From the NCBI GenBank assembly GCA_949286645.1, contig CASEDN010000132.1, forward strand, positions 1 through 27,614: DNA of 27,614 nucleotides, in the 5' to 3' direction. Below are positions 1-8,898 of this stretch, piece by piece. Numbering within the stretch: position 1 is the first letter of the stretch; each line of letters opens with the position of its first letter. The notes beneath the pieces are model-generated. The model did not search any database. It was not told the DNA's origin and worked only from the letters and a program-made list of their open reading frames with translations. The position numbers were made by a program, and so were the translations under genes. This DNA is from an uncultured bacterium (GTDB lineage: Bacteria > Bacillota_I > Bacilli_A > RF39 > UBA660).

Positions 1-1
1 T

Positions 2-478
2 AAAGTTTATAAACCACTATTCTATTATGCAGCCTTCTTCTCAATTAGAGTAGATGATTATGATATAGAAACTATGATAAAAGGCTATAATGCTATTAAA
101 ACAAGATATGAAGACTTAATGGCTAAAGGCTTTGAAGTTACTAATAAAGAGTCTAACATTATAGATTCACTTCATGTTGCCCTAGAAGCGACTGCACGTG
201 GCATTAAATTCGCACCTATTTCTTTAGAGAAAAGTGATGCGACAAGATTTGTTGTTGACACAGAACATGAAGATACTTTAATACCACCATTTAAAACTAT
301 CGATGGTCTAGGTTTAACAGTTGCAAAGACTATAGTGGAAGCAAGAGAAAACGGACCTTTTCTAAGTAAAGAAGATTTACAAAAACGTGGTAAAGTATCA
401 AAGACTCTAACAGATAAAATGACTGAGATGGGAATCCTTAATGAATTACCTGATTCTAATCAGTTAAGCTTGTTTTAA
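2..478 (+). CDS. polC: DNA polymerase III PolC-type alpha subunit, C-terminal part (5' partial)
   Basis: The frame is open from base 2 (KVYKPLFYYAAFFSIRVDDYDIETMIKG...). It contains the PolC C-terminal motifs LIPPFKTIDGLG, GPFLSKEDL and a terminal QLSLF. Confidence 0.95.
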   Translation, partial: KVYKPLFYYAAFFSIRVDDYDIETMIKGYNAIKTRYEDLMAKGFEVTNKESNIIDSLHVALEATARGIKFAPISLEKSDATRFVVDTEHEDTLIPPFKTIDGLGLTVAKTIVEARENGPFLSKEDLQKRGKVSKTLTDKMTEMGILNELPDSNQLSLF

Positions 479-517
479 TTGACATTAAATTTTATAGTTA
501 TGGTTTAACTAGAAGAT

Positions 518-546
518 AGAGTCGTAATAGACTCTTTTTTCTTTTT
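518..546 (+). terminator. Intrinsic terminator after polC
   Basis: AGAGTC-gtaata-GACTCT hairpin followed by a T-rich tract. Confidence 0.7.
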
Positions 547-574
547 GTGTTAACATAGAACTAGGAGGATAAGC

Positions 575-1006
575 ATGAAAAAAGTAATAGCAGTAGGTAG
601 TTATGGTAACATTACATCAGCTGAAGATGTAGTTAAATTACATAATGATTTGGTTTATGAAATGTTTAAAGAAGTATTAGAGCCTATAAAAGAAGAAAAA
701 GTAGAAGGAGATATAATTCAGTTTTGGAATAATGCTGGCCTTATCACTAAATATTTAGGAACTATGTTTTATTTAGAAGATATTAAAGAAAATGAAATAG
801 TTAATAGCGTTGTTTGCATTATTCCTAAAGATATTAGTACTAGTCAACTTGAATATTTTGAAAATAATTATTCAAATAGTATTGACACTTTTATAGGAGT
901 GTCATTTGATGGAGATAAATTTTCTTTATCTAGTGATAAATCACTTGATAGCACTGGTATATATAATGTTTTAAAAGATAAAATGAACAATAAAACTAAA
1001 AGTTAA
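575..1006 (+). CDS. Hypothetical protein, paralog A of a tandem pair
   Basis: 143-aa ORF with an AGGAGG RBS. Shares HNxLVYExFxExLEP, NAGLITK and CIIP motifs with the next ORF. Confidence 0.85.
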   Translation: MKKVIAVGSYGNITSAEDVVKLHNDLVYEMFKEVLEPIKEEKVEGDIIQFWNNAGLITKYLGTMFYLEDIKENEIVNSVVCIIPKDISTSQLEYFENNYSNSIDTFIGVSFDGDKFSLSSDKSLDSTGIYNVLKDKMNNKTKS

Positions 1007-1022
1007 GAAAGGAAGATATTAT

Positions 1023-1463
1023 ATGAGAAGAGTAACTGCAGTTGATAGTGATGGAAAAATTTTACAAATTGAAGACGAGAGAAAAGGACATAATGAACTT
1101 GTTTATGAATTGTTTGAAGAGTTTCTAGAACCATTGCAAGATGAAGAACTAAAAGGTGATTGGTATATTAAAATTTGGCCTAATGCTGGGCTTATTACCA
1201 AAAATTTAGATATGATGCTTTATTTAGAAACGTTTGATGATAAAGCATCCATCGATAGTACAATTTGTATTATTCCAGAAAATTTAAGTGATACACAATT
1301 AAACTATTATGAAGATAATTATCTGTATCATAAAGAACCATTTTTAGGACTATATTATCATGATGAGGAATTTGATACCATAAGTGAAGATAGAGAAGAA
1401 GAACTTACTGCAGAAGAAGTACATAACTTTTTAAAAGATATGGTTAAATCAAAGTTAAAATAA
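1023..1463 (+). CDS. Hypothetical protein, paralog B of a tandem pair (very acidic)
   Basis: 146-aa ORF with an AAGGAAG RBS, colinear similarity to 575..1006. Confidence 0.85.
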   Translation: MRRVTAVDSDGKILQIEDERKGHNELVYELFEEFLEPLQDEELKGDWYIKIWPNAGLITKNLDMMLYLETFDDKASIDSTICIIPENLSDTQLNYYEDNYLYHKEPFLGLYYHDEEFDTISEDREEELTAEEVHNFLKDMVKSKLK

Positions 1464-1465
1464 AT

Positions 1466-1503
1466 AAAAAAGAGTTAAAATATAAAGACTCTTTTTTCTT
1501 TTT
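1466..1503. terminator. Intrinsic terminator, probably bidirectional
   Basis: AAAAAAGAGT...ACTCTTTTTT inverted repeat directly after the stop codon. Confidence 0.65.
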
Positions 1504-1529
1504 ATGATATACTTCTAATAGGAGGAAGT

Positions 1530-2258
1530 ATGGAAAAGATTAACCTAGATAAAGTAAATTACATACAATATGGTAATGAAAAAGGTAAAGATATTATTCT
1601 TTTACATGGTTGGGGTCAAAATATTGAAATGATGGAACCACTTGGTAATCCCTTATCTTGTAAATATCATATTACAATATTAGATTTTCCAGGATACGGA
1701 AAAAGTGCTGAACCTGATGAAGTTTGGACAGTATCTGATTATGCTGAACTAGTCCATGAGCTAGTGAAAAAGTTAAAGATTAAGAAACCTACATTAATAG
1801 GACACTCTTTTGGAGGTAGAGTTGCTATAGTTTATGCTTCAAAGTATGAAGTTGATAGAGTAGTATTATTTGGAGCTCCTTGTGTTAGAACTAAAAAAGG
1901 ATTAACTCTAAAAGAGAAAATGTTAAAGAAAGCAAAAACATTACCGGGTATGGGTAAAATAGCAGAGATTGCTAAAAACTATATTGGATCAGCTGATTAT
2001 AAGAGTGCCACACCTAGAATGAGAGAAATCTTAGTTAAAACAGTTAATGAAGATTTATCTGATTATGCTAAAAAGATAACTGTTCCAACATTACTTATAT
2101 GGGGAGAGATGGATGAAGCAGCACCACTTGAAGAAGCAAAACTCTTAGAAAATTTACTTCAAGATGGTGCCTTAATTGTTCTACCTGGAACACATTATGC
2201 TTATCTTGAGAATTTAAACCAGGTAATAAATATTATAAATAATTTTATGGAGGGATAA
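1530..2258 (+). CDS. Alpha/beta-fold hydrolase (esterase-like)
   Basis: Oxyanion motif LHGWG, nucleophile elbow GHSFGG, WGEMD (Asp) and GTHYAY (His). Extended -10 TGaTATACT at 1505-1513. Confidence 0.92.
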   Translation: MEKINLDKVNYIQYGNEKGKDIILLHGWGQNIEMMEPLGNPLSCKYHITILDFPGYGKSAEPDEVWTVSDYAELVHELVKKLKIKKPTLIGHSFGGRVAIVYASKYEVDRVVLFGAPCVRTKKGLTLKEKMLKKAKTLPGMGKIAEIAKNYIGSADYKSATPRMREILVKTVNEDLSDYAKKITVPTLLIWGEMDEAAPLEEAKLLENLLQDGALIVLPGTHYAYLENLNQVINIINNFMEG

Positions 2259-2259
2259 T

Positions 2260-3879
2260 ATGATTGAAATACTTTTAATTTTAGTTACTATCATAGCAAT
2301 TATCATCAAATCTAAAAAAAGTTTACATATGTTACAACAAAACTTATATAATGAAAACAATCGTTATGTTAAATGGGTTGTTAATAATAGTTCTAATTTC
2401 TTTTCACTAGAACTATTAGCAGTACTTATAGTAGCAGTCGCTAATGTCTTCTTAATTAAAGAGGATACTATAAGCTTAATCTTAAATATCATAGCAATTA
2501 TTTTATATATAATCTATGCTATTAAATTTAGGAAAGACTTAAAGAATGAACAAGTAAAGAAACCTTTAGTAATAACTGCAAGAGTTAAAAGATTAATTGC
2601 AACTACAACTATATTATATTTAATACCAATAGTATTAGTTATTATATATAGAGATAATCTATTAATTAGTCATTTCTTAATCTTTATCTTTATACTTTTC
2701 GCTTATCTAAATACATTTGTAATCTTACTTGCTAACTTTATTAATAAATATACTTTAGAAAAATATGTATATCATCATTTCAAGAGTATGGCTGTTAAGA
2801 AGTTAAAGAGCATGCCTAACTTAAAAGTTATCGGTGTAACAGGTAGTTATGGTAAGACAAGTAGTAAGAATATTCTAGCAGACATATTAAATATTAAATA
2901 TGCAACACTACCAACTCCTCGTAACTTAAATACTCCTTATGGATTAATTATTACTATTAATAATCACCTAGATAAATTTACAGAAGTATTTATCGCTGAA
3001 ATGGGTGCTTATGTTAGAGGAGAAATTAAAGATTTATGTAATTTAGTTCATCCTAAATATGGTATCTTAACACGTATTGGCACTGCTCACTTAGAAAGCT
3101 TTGGTAGTGAAGAAAATATCCAAAAGACTAAATTTGAACTTATCGAATCATTACCACTTGATGGAGTAGGAGTACTTAATAGAGATGATCCTAAACAAGT
3201 AAGTTATAATCTAAAAAATAAATGTAAAATACTTTGGATAGGAATAGATGAAAAAGATGTAGATGTTCATGCTAGCAATATAAAATGTTCTAGTGTTGGA
3301 ACTACCTTTGATGTAACATTTAAAGGTGATAAGAAAAAATATGAGTTTGAAACTAAACTATTAGGAAATCATAACGTTTATAATATTCTAGCAGGACTTG
3401 CTTTAGGACGTGAATTTGGCATATCAATTACTAAATTACAACAAGCCGTTAGAAATGTTAAACAAGTAGAACATAGACTAGAACTTAAAAAAATGGGTTA
3501 CTTCTATCAAATAGATGATGCTTATAACTCTAATCCAGTAGGTGCTAAGAGTGCTTTAGAAGTTTTATCTATGATGCCAGGGCTAAAAGTAGTGGTAACA
3601 CCAGGTATGATAGAGTTAGGTGATAAAGAAGAAGAACTTAATAAAGAGTTTGGAAAACAAATCGCTACTATTTCTAAAGCAGACTATGTAGTTCTAATTG
3701 GTGAGAAGAGAACTAAACCAATTAAAGAAGGATTAAAACAAGCTAAATATAATATGGATAATTTAATTGTTTACAATGATGTCAAAGAAGCATATAATTT
3801 TATAAGAGGTATAAAAACAAAGAAAGAAATCTATGCCTTATTTGAAAATGATTTACCTGATACATATAATGAAAAGTAG
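2260..3879 (+). CDS. murF: UDP-N-acetylmuramoyl-tripeptide--D-Ala-D-Ala ligase with an N-terminal multi-pass membrane domain
   Basis: P-loop GVTGSYGKTSSK, AEMGA, IDDAYNSNP and TPGMIELG motifs. The first ~165 aa carry several hydrophobic segments. Confidence 0.9.
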   Translation: MIEILLILVTIIAIIIKSKKSLHMLQQNLYNENNRYVKWVVNNSSNFFSLELLAVLIVAVANVFLIKEDTISLILNIIAIILYIIYAIKFRKDLKNEQVKKPLVITARVKRLIATTTILYLIPIVLVIIYRDNLLISHFLIFIFILFAYLNTFVILLANFINKYTLEKYVYHHFKSMAVKKLKSMPNLKVIGVTGSYGKTSSKNILADILNIKYATLPTPRNLNTPYGLIITINNHLDKFTEVFIAEMGAYVRGEIKDLCNLVHPKYGILTRIGTAHLESFGSEENIQKTKFELIESLPLDGVGVLNRDDPKQVSYNLKNKCKILWIGIDEKDVDVHASNIKCSSVGTTFDVTFKGDKKKYEFETKLLGNHNVYNILAGLALGREFGISITKLQQAVRNVKQVEHRLELKKMGYFYQIDDAYNSNPVGAKSALEVLSMMPGLKVVVTPGMIELGDKEEELNKEFGKQIATISKADYVVLIGEKRTKPIKEGLKQAKYNMDNLIVYNDVKEAYNFIRGIKTKKEIYALFENDLPDTYNEK

Positions 3880-3891
3880 GAGGATGAAAAA

Positions 3892-5112
3892 ATGAAAATT
3901 AAATTAGGAGTTGTATTCGGTGGTGAATCCGTTGAACATGAAGTAAGTATTATTTCAGCAGTTCAAGCCATGAATAAAATAAATCAAGAAAAATATGATA
4001 TTATTCCTATCTATATAACTAAAGATGGTGAGTGGTATACTGGTAACATGTTAATGGATGTTGAAGTATATCAGGATTTAGATTTAATTAAGAAATATGC
4101 AAGTAATGTTGTATTATATAAAAAAGATGGAGCCTTTGTTCTTCAAAGTAAAGGATTATTTAAGAAAATTGTTACAGACTTAGATGTAATATTTCCAATT
4201 ACCCATGGTACTAATGTAGAAGATGGTGTACTACAAGGATATTTCCAAACAGTGGGTATTCCATATGTTGGACCTAATGTATACTCAGCAGTTGTATCAC
4301 AAGATAAAGCTTATATGAGAGATATCTTTAAAGCTAATGATATTCCAGTTCCAAACTATACTTGGTTCTATGATACAGATTATAAAAATGATCCTGATGA
4401 AGTAATTAAGAAGGTAGAGAAAATCAAATACCCAGTTATTGTAAAACCAGCTACAACTGGTAGTAGTGTAGGTATTGGTGTTGCAAACAATAAAGATGAG
4501 TTAGTTAAAGCTATTGAAGAAGCTATTACTTATGATAGTAAAATCGTAGTAGAAGAAGTAATTAAAAACTTAATGGAAGTAAATATCTCTGTTTTAGGTA
4601 ATTATGAAAACCAAGAGACAAGTGTTATAGAAGAAGTATTATCTAAGAGTGCTTTCTTAACATATGATGAGAAATATATTGGTAGTGGTAAAGTTAAAGG
4701 AAAACTAGGAGCTAAAATGACCCCTCTAAAAGGATCTAAAGGAATGGCTTCAGCAGATAGAAAAATACCAGCAGACCTTACAGATAAAATGAGTAAAGAA
4801 GTAGAGGAACTTGCTATTAAAGTATTTAGAGCCTTAGGAAGTAGTGGAGATGCTCGTATTGATATGTTAATTGATAGCAAAGCTAAAAAAGTATATGTTA
4901 ATGAGATTAACTCAATACCAGGTTCATTAGCATTCTATCTATGGGATCCTAAGGGAAAAGATTATACTGAACTATTAGATGATATGATTAGTATAGCCAT
5001 TAAAGATTATAAAAAGCGTGAAAGTAAAACACATTCCTTTAATACCAATATTTTACAAGGATTTGCTCATAATGGTTTAAAAGGAATGAAAGGTAAACTA
5101 CAAAATAAATAG
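3892..5112 (+). CDS. ddl: D-alanine--D-alanine ligase
   Basis: FGGESVEHEVSI, HGTNVEDG, VKPATTGSSVG, TYDEKY and NEINSIPG motifs. Confidence 0.93.
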   Translation: MKIKLGVVFGGESVEHEVSIISAVQAMNKINQEKYDIIPIYITKDGEWYTGNMLMDVEVYQDLDLIKKYASNVVLYKKDGAFVLQSKGLFKKIVTDLDVIFPITHGTNVEDGVLQGYFQTVGIPYVGPNVYSAVVSQDKAYMRDIFKANDIPVPNYTWFYDTDYKNDPDEVIKKVEKIKYPVIVKPATTGSSVGIGVANNKDELVKAIEEAITYDSKIVVEEVIKNLMEVNISVLGNYENQETSVIEEVLSKSAFLTYDEKYIGSGKVKGKLGAKMTPLKGSKGMASADRKIPADLTDKMSKEVEELAIKVFRALGSSGDARIDMLIDSKAKKVYVNEINSIPGSLAFYLWDPKGKDYTELLDDMISIAIKDYKKRESKTHSFNTNILQGFAHNGLKGMKGKLQNK

Positions 5113-5139
5113 AACTTAGATAATTGCTAAGTTCTATTT
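5107..5139. terminator. Bidirectional intrinsic terminator overlapping both convergent stop codons
   Basis: Perfect 13-bp stem AAATAGAACTTAG / CTAAGTTCTATTT. Confidence 0.85.
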
Positions 5140-5921
5140 TTTATTTTACTAAATCCCAATTCTATACCTTTATCAATGTTTTCACTATCAAACATCGCAA
5201 GACTTTCATAAATTAAATCTATATAATCATCTAACGACATATTAACTAGTTTTCTTGCTGCAATTAATTTCATTTCTTCAAAAAGCTTGCTAGCATTATT
5301 TTTATTATCTTCAAATCCTTTTTCTAAAATAAAGTCACCACTACTAACATTAAATTCATCAAGACCAATATGAGTATTTTGGTTATATAAAGATATTATC
5401 TTAGCAGTAATAACTTCTTCAATAACATCTTTATCATCTTCCATAAACTCTTCAAAATGATAATCAGGTTCAGGAACATAGACACCTAGTTTTTCATCTA
5501 AATAACTTATACATCTAGCTTGATAATAGTAAGGTGTCATATAAATTTCTCTATTATACTTAGGACTACCATAATAAAGTAGGGGACTAACTACATCATC
5601 ATTATTTTTACTAAGGATTTTTAAGTTATCATACTCATTCTTTACCTTACCATATTCTAAATTAGGTTGACCCATTAATAATGTATATTTCTTATGTCCA
5701 TTATCTAAAACATAAACAACTTCCATATGTCCCCAATTTATAAACTTAATTCTTATATTTTTACTATAATAATTAGGATAATTTTCCTTTAGGTAATTAG
5801 CAAAGTCATTTTCAATAAATTCACTTGTTTTAATTACTTCTTCAATAGGCTGTTGTTCTGGACTAAGTTCATAATAAATAAAGTCATAATCATTAATACC
5901 TAAAGCTTCTTTTTCTTTCAT
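5127..5921 (-). CDS. Hypothetical protein with a probable protein-kinase-like (pseudokinase) fold
   Basis: 264-aa ORF with a GGAGG RBS. Motif order FINWGHMEVVY / KNEYDNLKIL / VVSPLLY / IYMTPY / NVSSGDFIL / KLIAAR parallels kinase subdomains. The fold call is inference. Confidence 0.6.
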   Translation of the reverse strand: MKEKEALGINDYDFIYYELSPEQQPIEEVIKTSEFIENDFANYLKENYPNYYSKNIRIKFINWGHMEVVYVLDNGHKKYTLLMGQPNLEYGKVKNEYDNLKILSKNNDDVVSPLLYYGSPKYNREIYMTPYYYQARCISYLDEKLGVYVPEPDYHFEEFMEDDKDVIEEVITAKIISLYNQNTHIGLDEFNVSSGDFILEKGFEDNKNNASKLFEEMKLIAARKLVNMSLDDYIDLIYESLAMFDSENIDKGIELGFSKIKNRT

Positions 5922-5942
5922 ATTCTTTCCTCCATGCTAGTT

Positions 5943-5971
5943 ATTATAATGAAAAGATGGGGAAATAGCAA
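5943..5971 (-). promoter_or_regulatory. Sigma-A promoter of the kinase-like gene
   Basis: TTGCTA-17nt-TATAAT on the minus strand upstream of the RBS. Confidence 0.6.
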
Positions 5972-5994
5972 ATAAATTAGTGTCAAATAGATTA

Positions 5995-6022
5995 AAACTA
6001 CTGGAAATTTACTCAGTAGTTT
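5995..6022 (-). terminator. Intrinsic terminator overlapping the glycosyltransferase stop codon
   Basis: AAACTACTG...CAGTAGTTT inverted repeat. Confidence 0.7.
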
Positions 6023-7100
6023 CTTTTAATTTCTCATTAATTATCTTTAAGTTATTATTAAGTCTCTCATCATTTGGTTCTATCTTTATTGCTTTCTCTA
6101 AGAATACCTTACTAATCTTTATTTCTCCTTTATTATAGTAAGAAATACTTAATAAGTCATATGGAGTATAACCAAAACTAAACGTCTCATTTATATAGCT
6201 CTTAGTATGACTTTTTATATTTAAAGCAAGATTAACATAATGAATAGTATTGTCATAATCATCTAATTCATAATAAAGTAAAGCCATTTCCATATAAGGA
6301 TCTCTTAAGTATGGCGCTTCCTTAATTGCTTTCTCTAGCCACATTTTCGCTTCATCATATCTTTTTAAGTACTTATAACATCTACCAATAAATCTCATAG
6401 AAGCACATCGTTCATCTTTCCAAGTAGCATTTTCTAATTTCAAATGTCTAATCAAAGTATCAATCGCTTCATTATACTTACCATAATACATGTATTCTCT
6501 TCCTAAGTAATGCATATTTCTATCATCATTAGGATCTTCTTTAACGCTCATTTCAAGTAAAGGAAGATAACTACTTCTAGACTTAGTTCTATCAGGATAA
6601 TGATTTAAAATAATATTATCAGTAACATTATATGTTTCAACTCCATCATACTTTAATATTTCATGAACTGGATGATACCAAGAATAGCCTAATCTTTTAT
6701 GAATCTTTTCATAATAAAAACTTATTATAGGATTATTGTTTTCATCTAAATACCAGTTATAAATATATCTAAGTCTTGTAGTATTATCATGCCAAGCTTT
6801 CTCTAATTCATCTCTCCAACCTGGTAAAAATACTTCATCTAAATCAGTACATATACAAATATCAGTATCAACTGGCACTAATTTTAAAGACTCATTCCTT
6901 GCTACATCAAATCTCCACGGATCTATTTTTTTAACCTCTACATGTACTCCTTTTTCTCTTAGTTTTTCTACTGTATTATCAGTAGAACCTGTATCAAGAA
7001 CATAAATCTCATCAGCTTCCTTCATAGACTCATACCATCTATCTACAAATTTCTCTTCATTTAGACATATAGTATAAACACATACTTTATATTTACTCAT
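6009..7100 (-). CDS. GT2-family glycosyltransferase with C-terminal TPR repeats
   Basis: N-terminal VCVYTICLNEE, VLDTGSTD, FDVARNESL and DLDE (DxD) motifs, followed by TPR-like helices (HYLGREYMYYG, EAKMWLEKAI). Confidence 0.9.
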   Translation of the reverse strand: MSKYKVCVYTICLNEEKFVDRWYESMKEADEIYVLDTGSTDNTVEKLREKGVHVEVKKIDPWRFDVARNESLKLVPVDTDICICTDLDEVFLPGWRDELEKAWHDNTTRLRYIYNWYLDENNNPIISFYYEKIHKRLGYSWYHPVHEILKYDGVETYNVTDNIILNHYPDRTKSRSSYLPLLEMSVKEDPNDDRNMHYLGREYMYYGKYNEAIDTLIRHLKLENATWKDERCASMRFIGRCYKYLKRYDEAKMWLEKAIKEAPYLRDPYMEMALLYYELDDYDNTIHYVNLALNIKSHTKSYINETFSFGYTPYDLLSISYYNKGEIKISKVFLEKAIKIEPNDERLNNNLKIINEKLKETTE

Positions 7101-7115
7101 AAATACACCTCTATA

Positions 7116-7142
7116 TATTCTATGAAAGACTTATAAAAAAGT
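7116..7142 (-). promoter_or_regulatory. Putative sigma-K-type promoter of the GT2 gene
   Basis: AC-N16-CATAGAATA matches the B. subtilis sigma-K pattern AC-N16-CATAnnnTA. The motif is short and the background is AT-rich. Confidence 0.4.
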
Positions 7143-7175
7143 AATAGGTGCATATAAATATATTAAGGAGGACTT

Positions 7176-7622
7176 ATGATTAAAAAAATAATTTATAGTT
7201 TATTACCAGTTGTTGAAGGGGCAATAGTAGGTTTAATTATATCAGGTTATATGAATTATCAAGATATGATAAAACCACCACTAAGTCCACCAAGCATAGC
7301 ATTTCCTATTGTTTGGACTATTCTTTATATTTTAATGGGAATATCTTACTTTCTAGCCACTAAAGATAATGAAAACAATAAAGAACTAGACCAAATTTAT
7401 CTTTTACAATTACTAGTAAACTTTATGTGGCCTATAATATTCTTTGTTTTAAGAATGTACTTTACTGCTTTTCTTTGGATAATTCTTTTAATAATATTAG
7501 TTATAGTTATGATTAAAGAATTATTGAAGAATAATAAAATAAGTGGTTATTTACAAATTCCTTATCTTATGTGGTTATTATTTGCAACTTACCTTAATAT
7601 TGGTATATTTCTATTAAACTAA
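7176..7622 (+). CDS. tspO: TspO/MBR family membrane protein
   Basis: KPPLSPPSIAFPIVWTILYILMG, NFMWPIIFF and IPYLMWLLFATYLN motifs; five hydrophobic segments. Confidence 0.9.
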   Translation: MIKKIIYSLLPVVEGAIVGLIISGYMNYQDMIKPPLSPPSIAFPIVWTILYILMGISYFLATKDNENNKELDQIYLLQLLVNFMWPIIFFVLRMYFTAFLWIILLIILVIVMIKELLKNNKISGYLQIPYLMWLLFATYLNIGIFLLN

Positions 7623-7645
7623 AAAACTCACGATAATGTGAGTTT

Positions 7646-7647
<2 letters not shown>
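7622..7647. terminator. Bidirectional terminator between tspO and the collagen-like gene
   Basis: AAAAACTCAC-gataat-GTGAGTTTTT. Confidence 0.85.
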
Positions 7648-8137
<490 letters not shown>

Positions 8138-8236
8138 AGCAATTCTCCTTTCCAATATAGTTTATTCTTAATAAGAAAATAAGTTATTATTATAGTCTAG
8201 TAAATGATATAATTGTAACAAAGAAAGGAATTTATT

Positions 8237-8623
8237 ATGAAATTTAACAAATTAATACCAGAGTTAAGTGTAACTAATATGGATAAGAGTAAAGAGTTTT
8301 ATCTTAATCTAGGATTTAAAGTAATGTATGAGAGAAAAGAAGATAAGTTTGTCTTTCTAGAATTAGAAGGTAATCAATTAATGATAGAAGAAATTAATGA
8401 TAACTGGAATACAGGAGATTTAGAGTATCCCTTTGGTAGAGGCATTAATATAAGTATGACTATAAGTGATATAGATAACTATTATCAAGAATTAGTTAAT
8501 AAAAATATAACTTTCTTTAAAGATATAATGACAAATGAATACGATGTTAATGGTAAATCATATTTAGATAAAGAGTTTTTAATTCAAGATCCTGATGGTT
8601 ATTTATTAAGATTTAATAATTAG
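8237..8623 (+). CDS. VOC/glyoxalase/bleomycin-resistance family protein
   Basis: LIPELSV...SKEFY..LGF, YPFGRGIN and EFLIQDPDGYLLRF motifs. Confidence 0.9.
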   Translation: MKFNKLIPELSVTNMDKSKEFYLNLGFKVMYERKEDKFVFLELEGNQLMIEEINDNWNTGDLEYPFGRGINISMTISDIDNYYQELVNKNITFFKDIMTNEYDVNGKSYLDKEFLIQDPDGYLLRFNN

Positions 8624-8718
8624 AAAATATTGAATAGCCAAAACATAAAGCAAAATACAGCAAAAATGTAAAATGAATGTTTAAACTATAACGTTAATAT
8701 AATAAGGAGGAGAAAATT

Positions 8719-8835
8719 ATGACTATTATAAAAGCAAATATTAATGATTTTGAAGCTCTTTTAGACTTGCATCTACAAATTGAAGATTATGTAATATCTT
8801 TAGGTACATTAAAAGAACAAAATTGTTTTAGATGA
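8719..8835 (+). pseudogene. 38-codon ORF resembling the N-terminus of a GNAT acetyltransferase (probable truncated remnant)
   Basis: Strong AGGAGG RBS. Translation MTIIKANINDFEALLDLHLQIEDYVISLGTLKEQNCFR*; the start resembles the GNAT 'IRxAxxxDxxxIxxL' pattern. Not in the ORF track. Confidence 0.45.
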
Positions 8836-8898
8836 ATTTTAGCAATTGTATCTCTATAAAAACATGATATAATACTTATAGAATAGAAGGTGTTATTT

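Noticed and set aside
4602-4880. 92-aa minus-strand ORF
   Set aside because: Lies wholly antisense within ddl, has no RBS or recognisable motif, and is a shadow ORF.
3892-5112. Ddl considered as a Van-type D-Ala-D-Lac ligase
   Set aside because: It retains Tyr in the YDEKY omega-loop motif, and no vanH/vanX/vanRS genes are nearby.
8612-8695. Hydrophobic minus-strand reading (IHFTFLLYFALCFGYSIF) in the VOC-GNAT gap
   Set aside because: Under 30 codons, with an upstream in-frame stop and no start or RBS.
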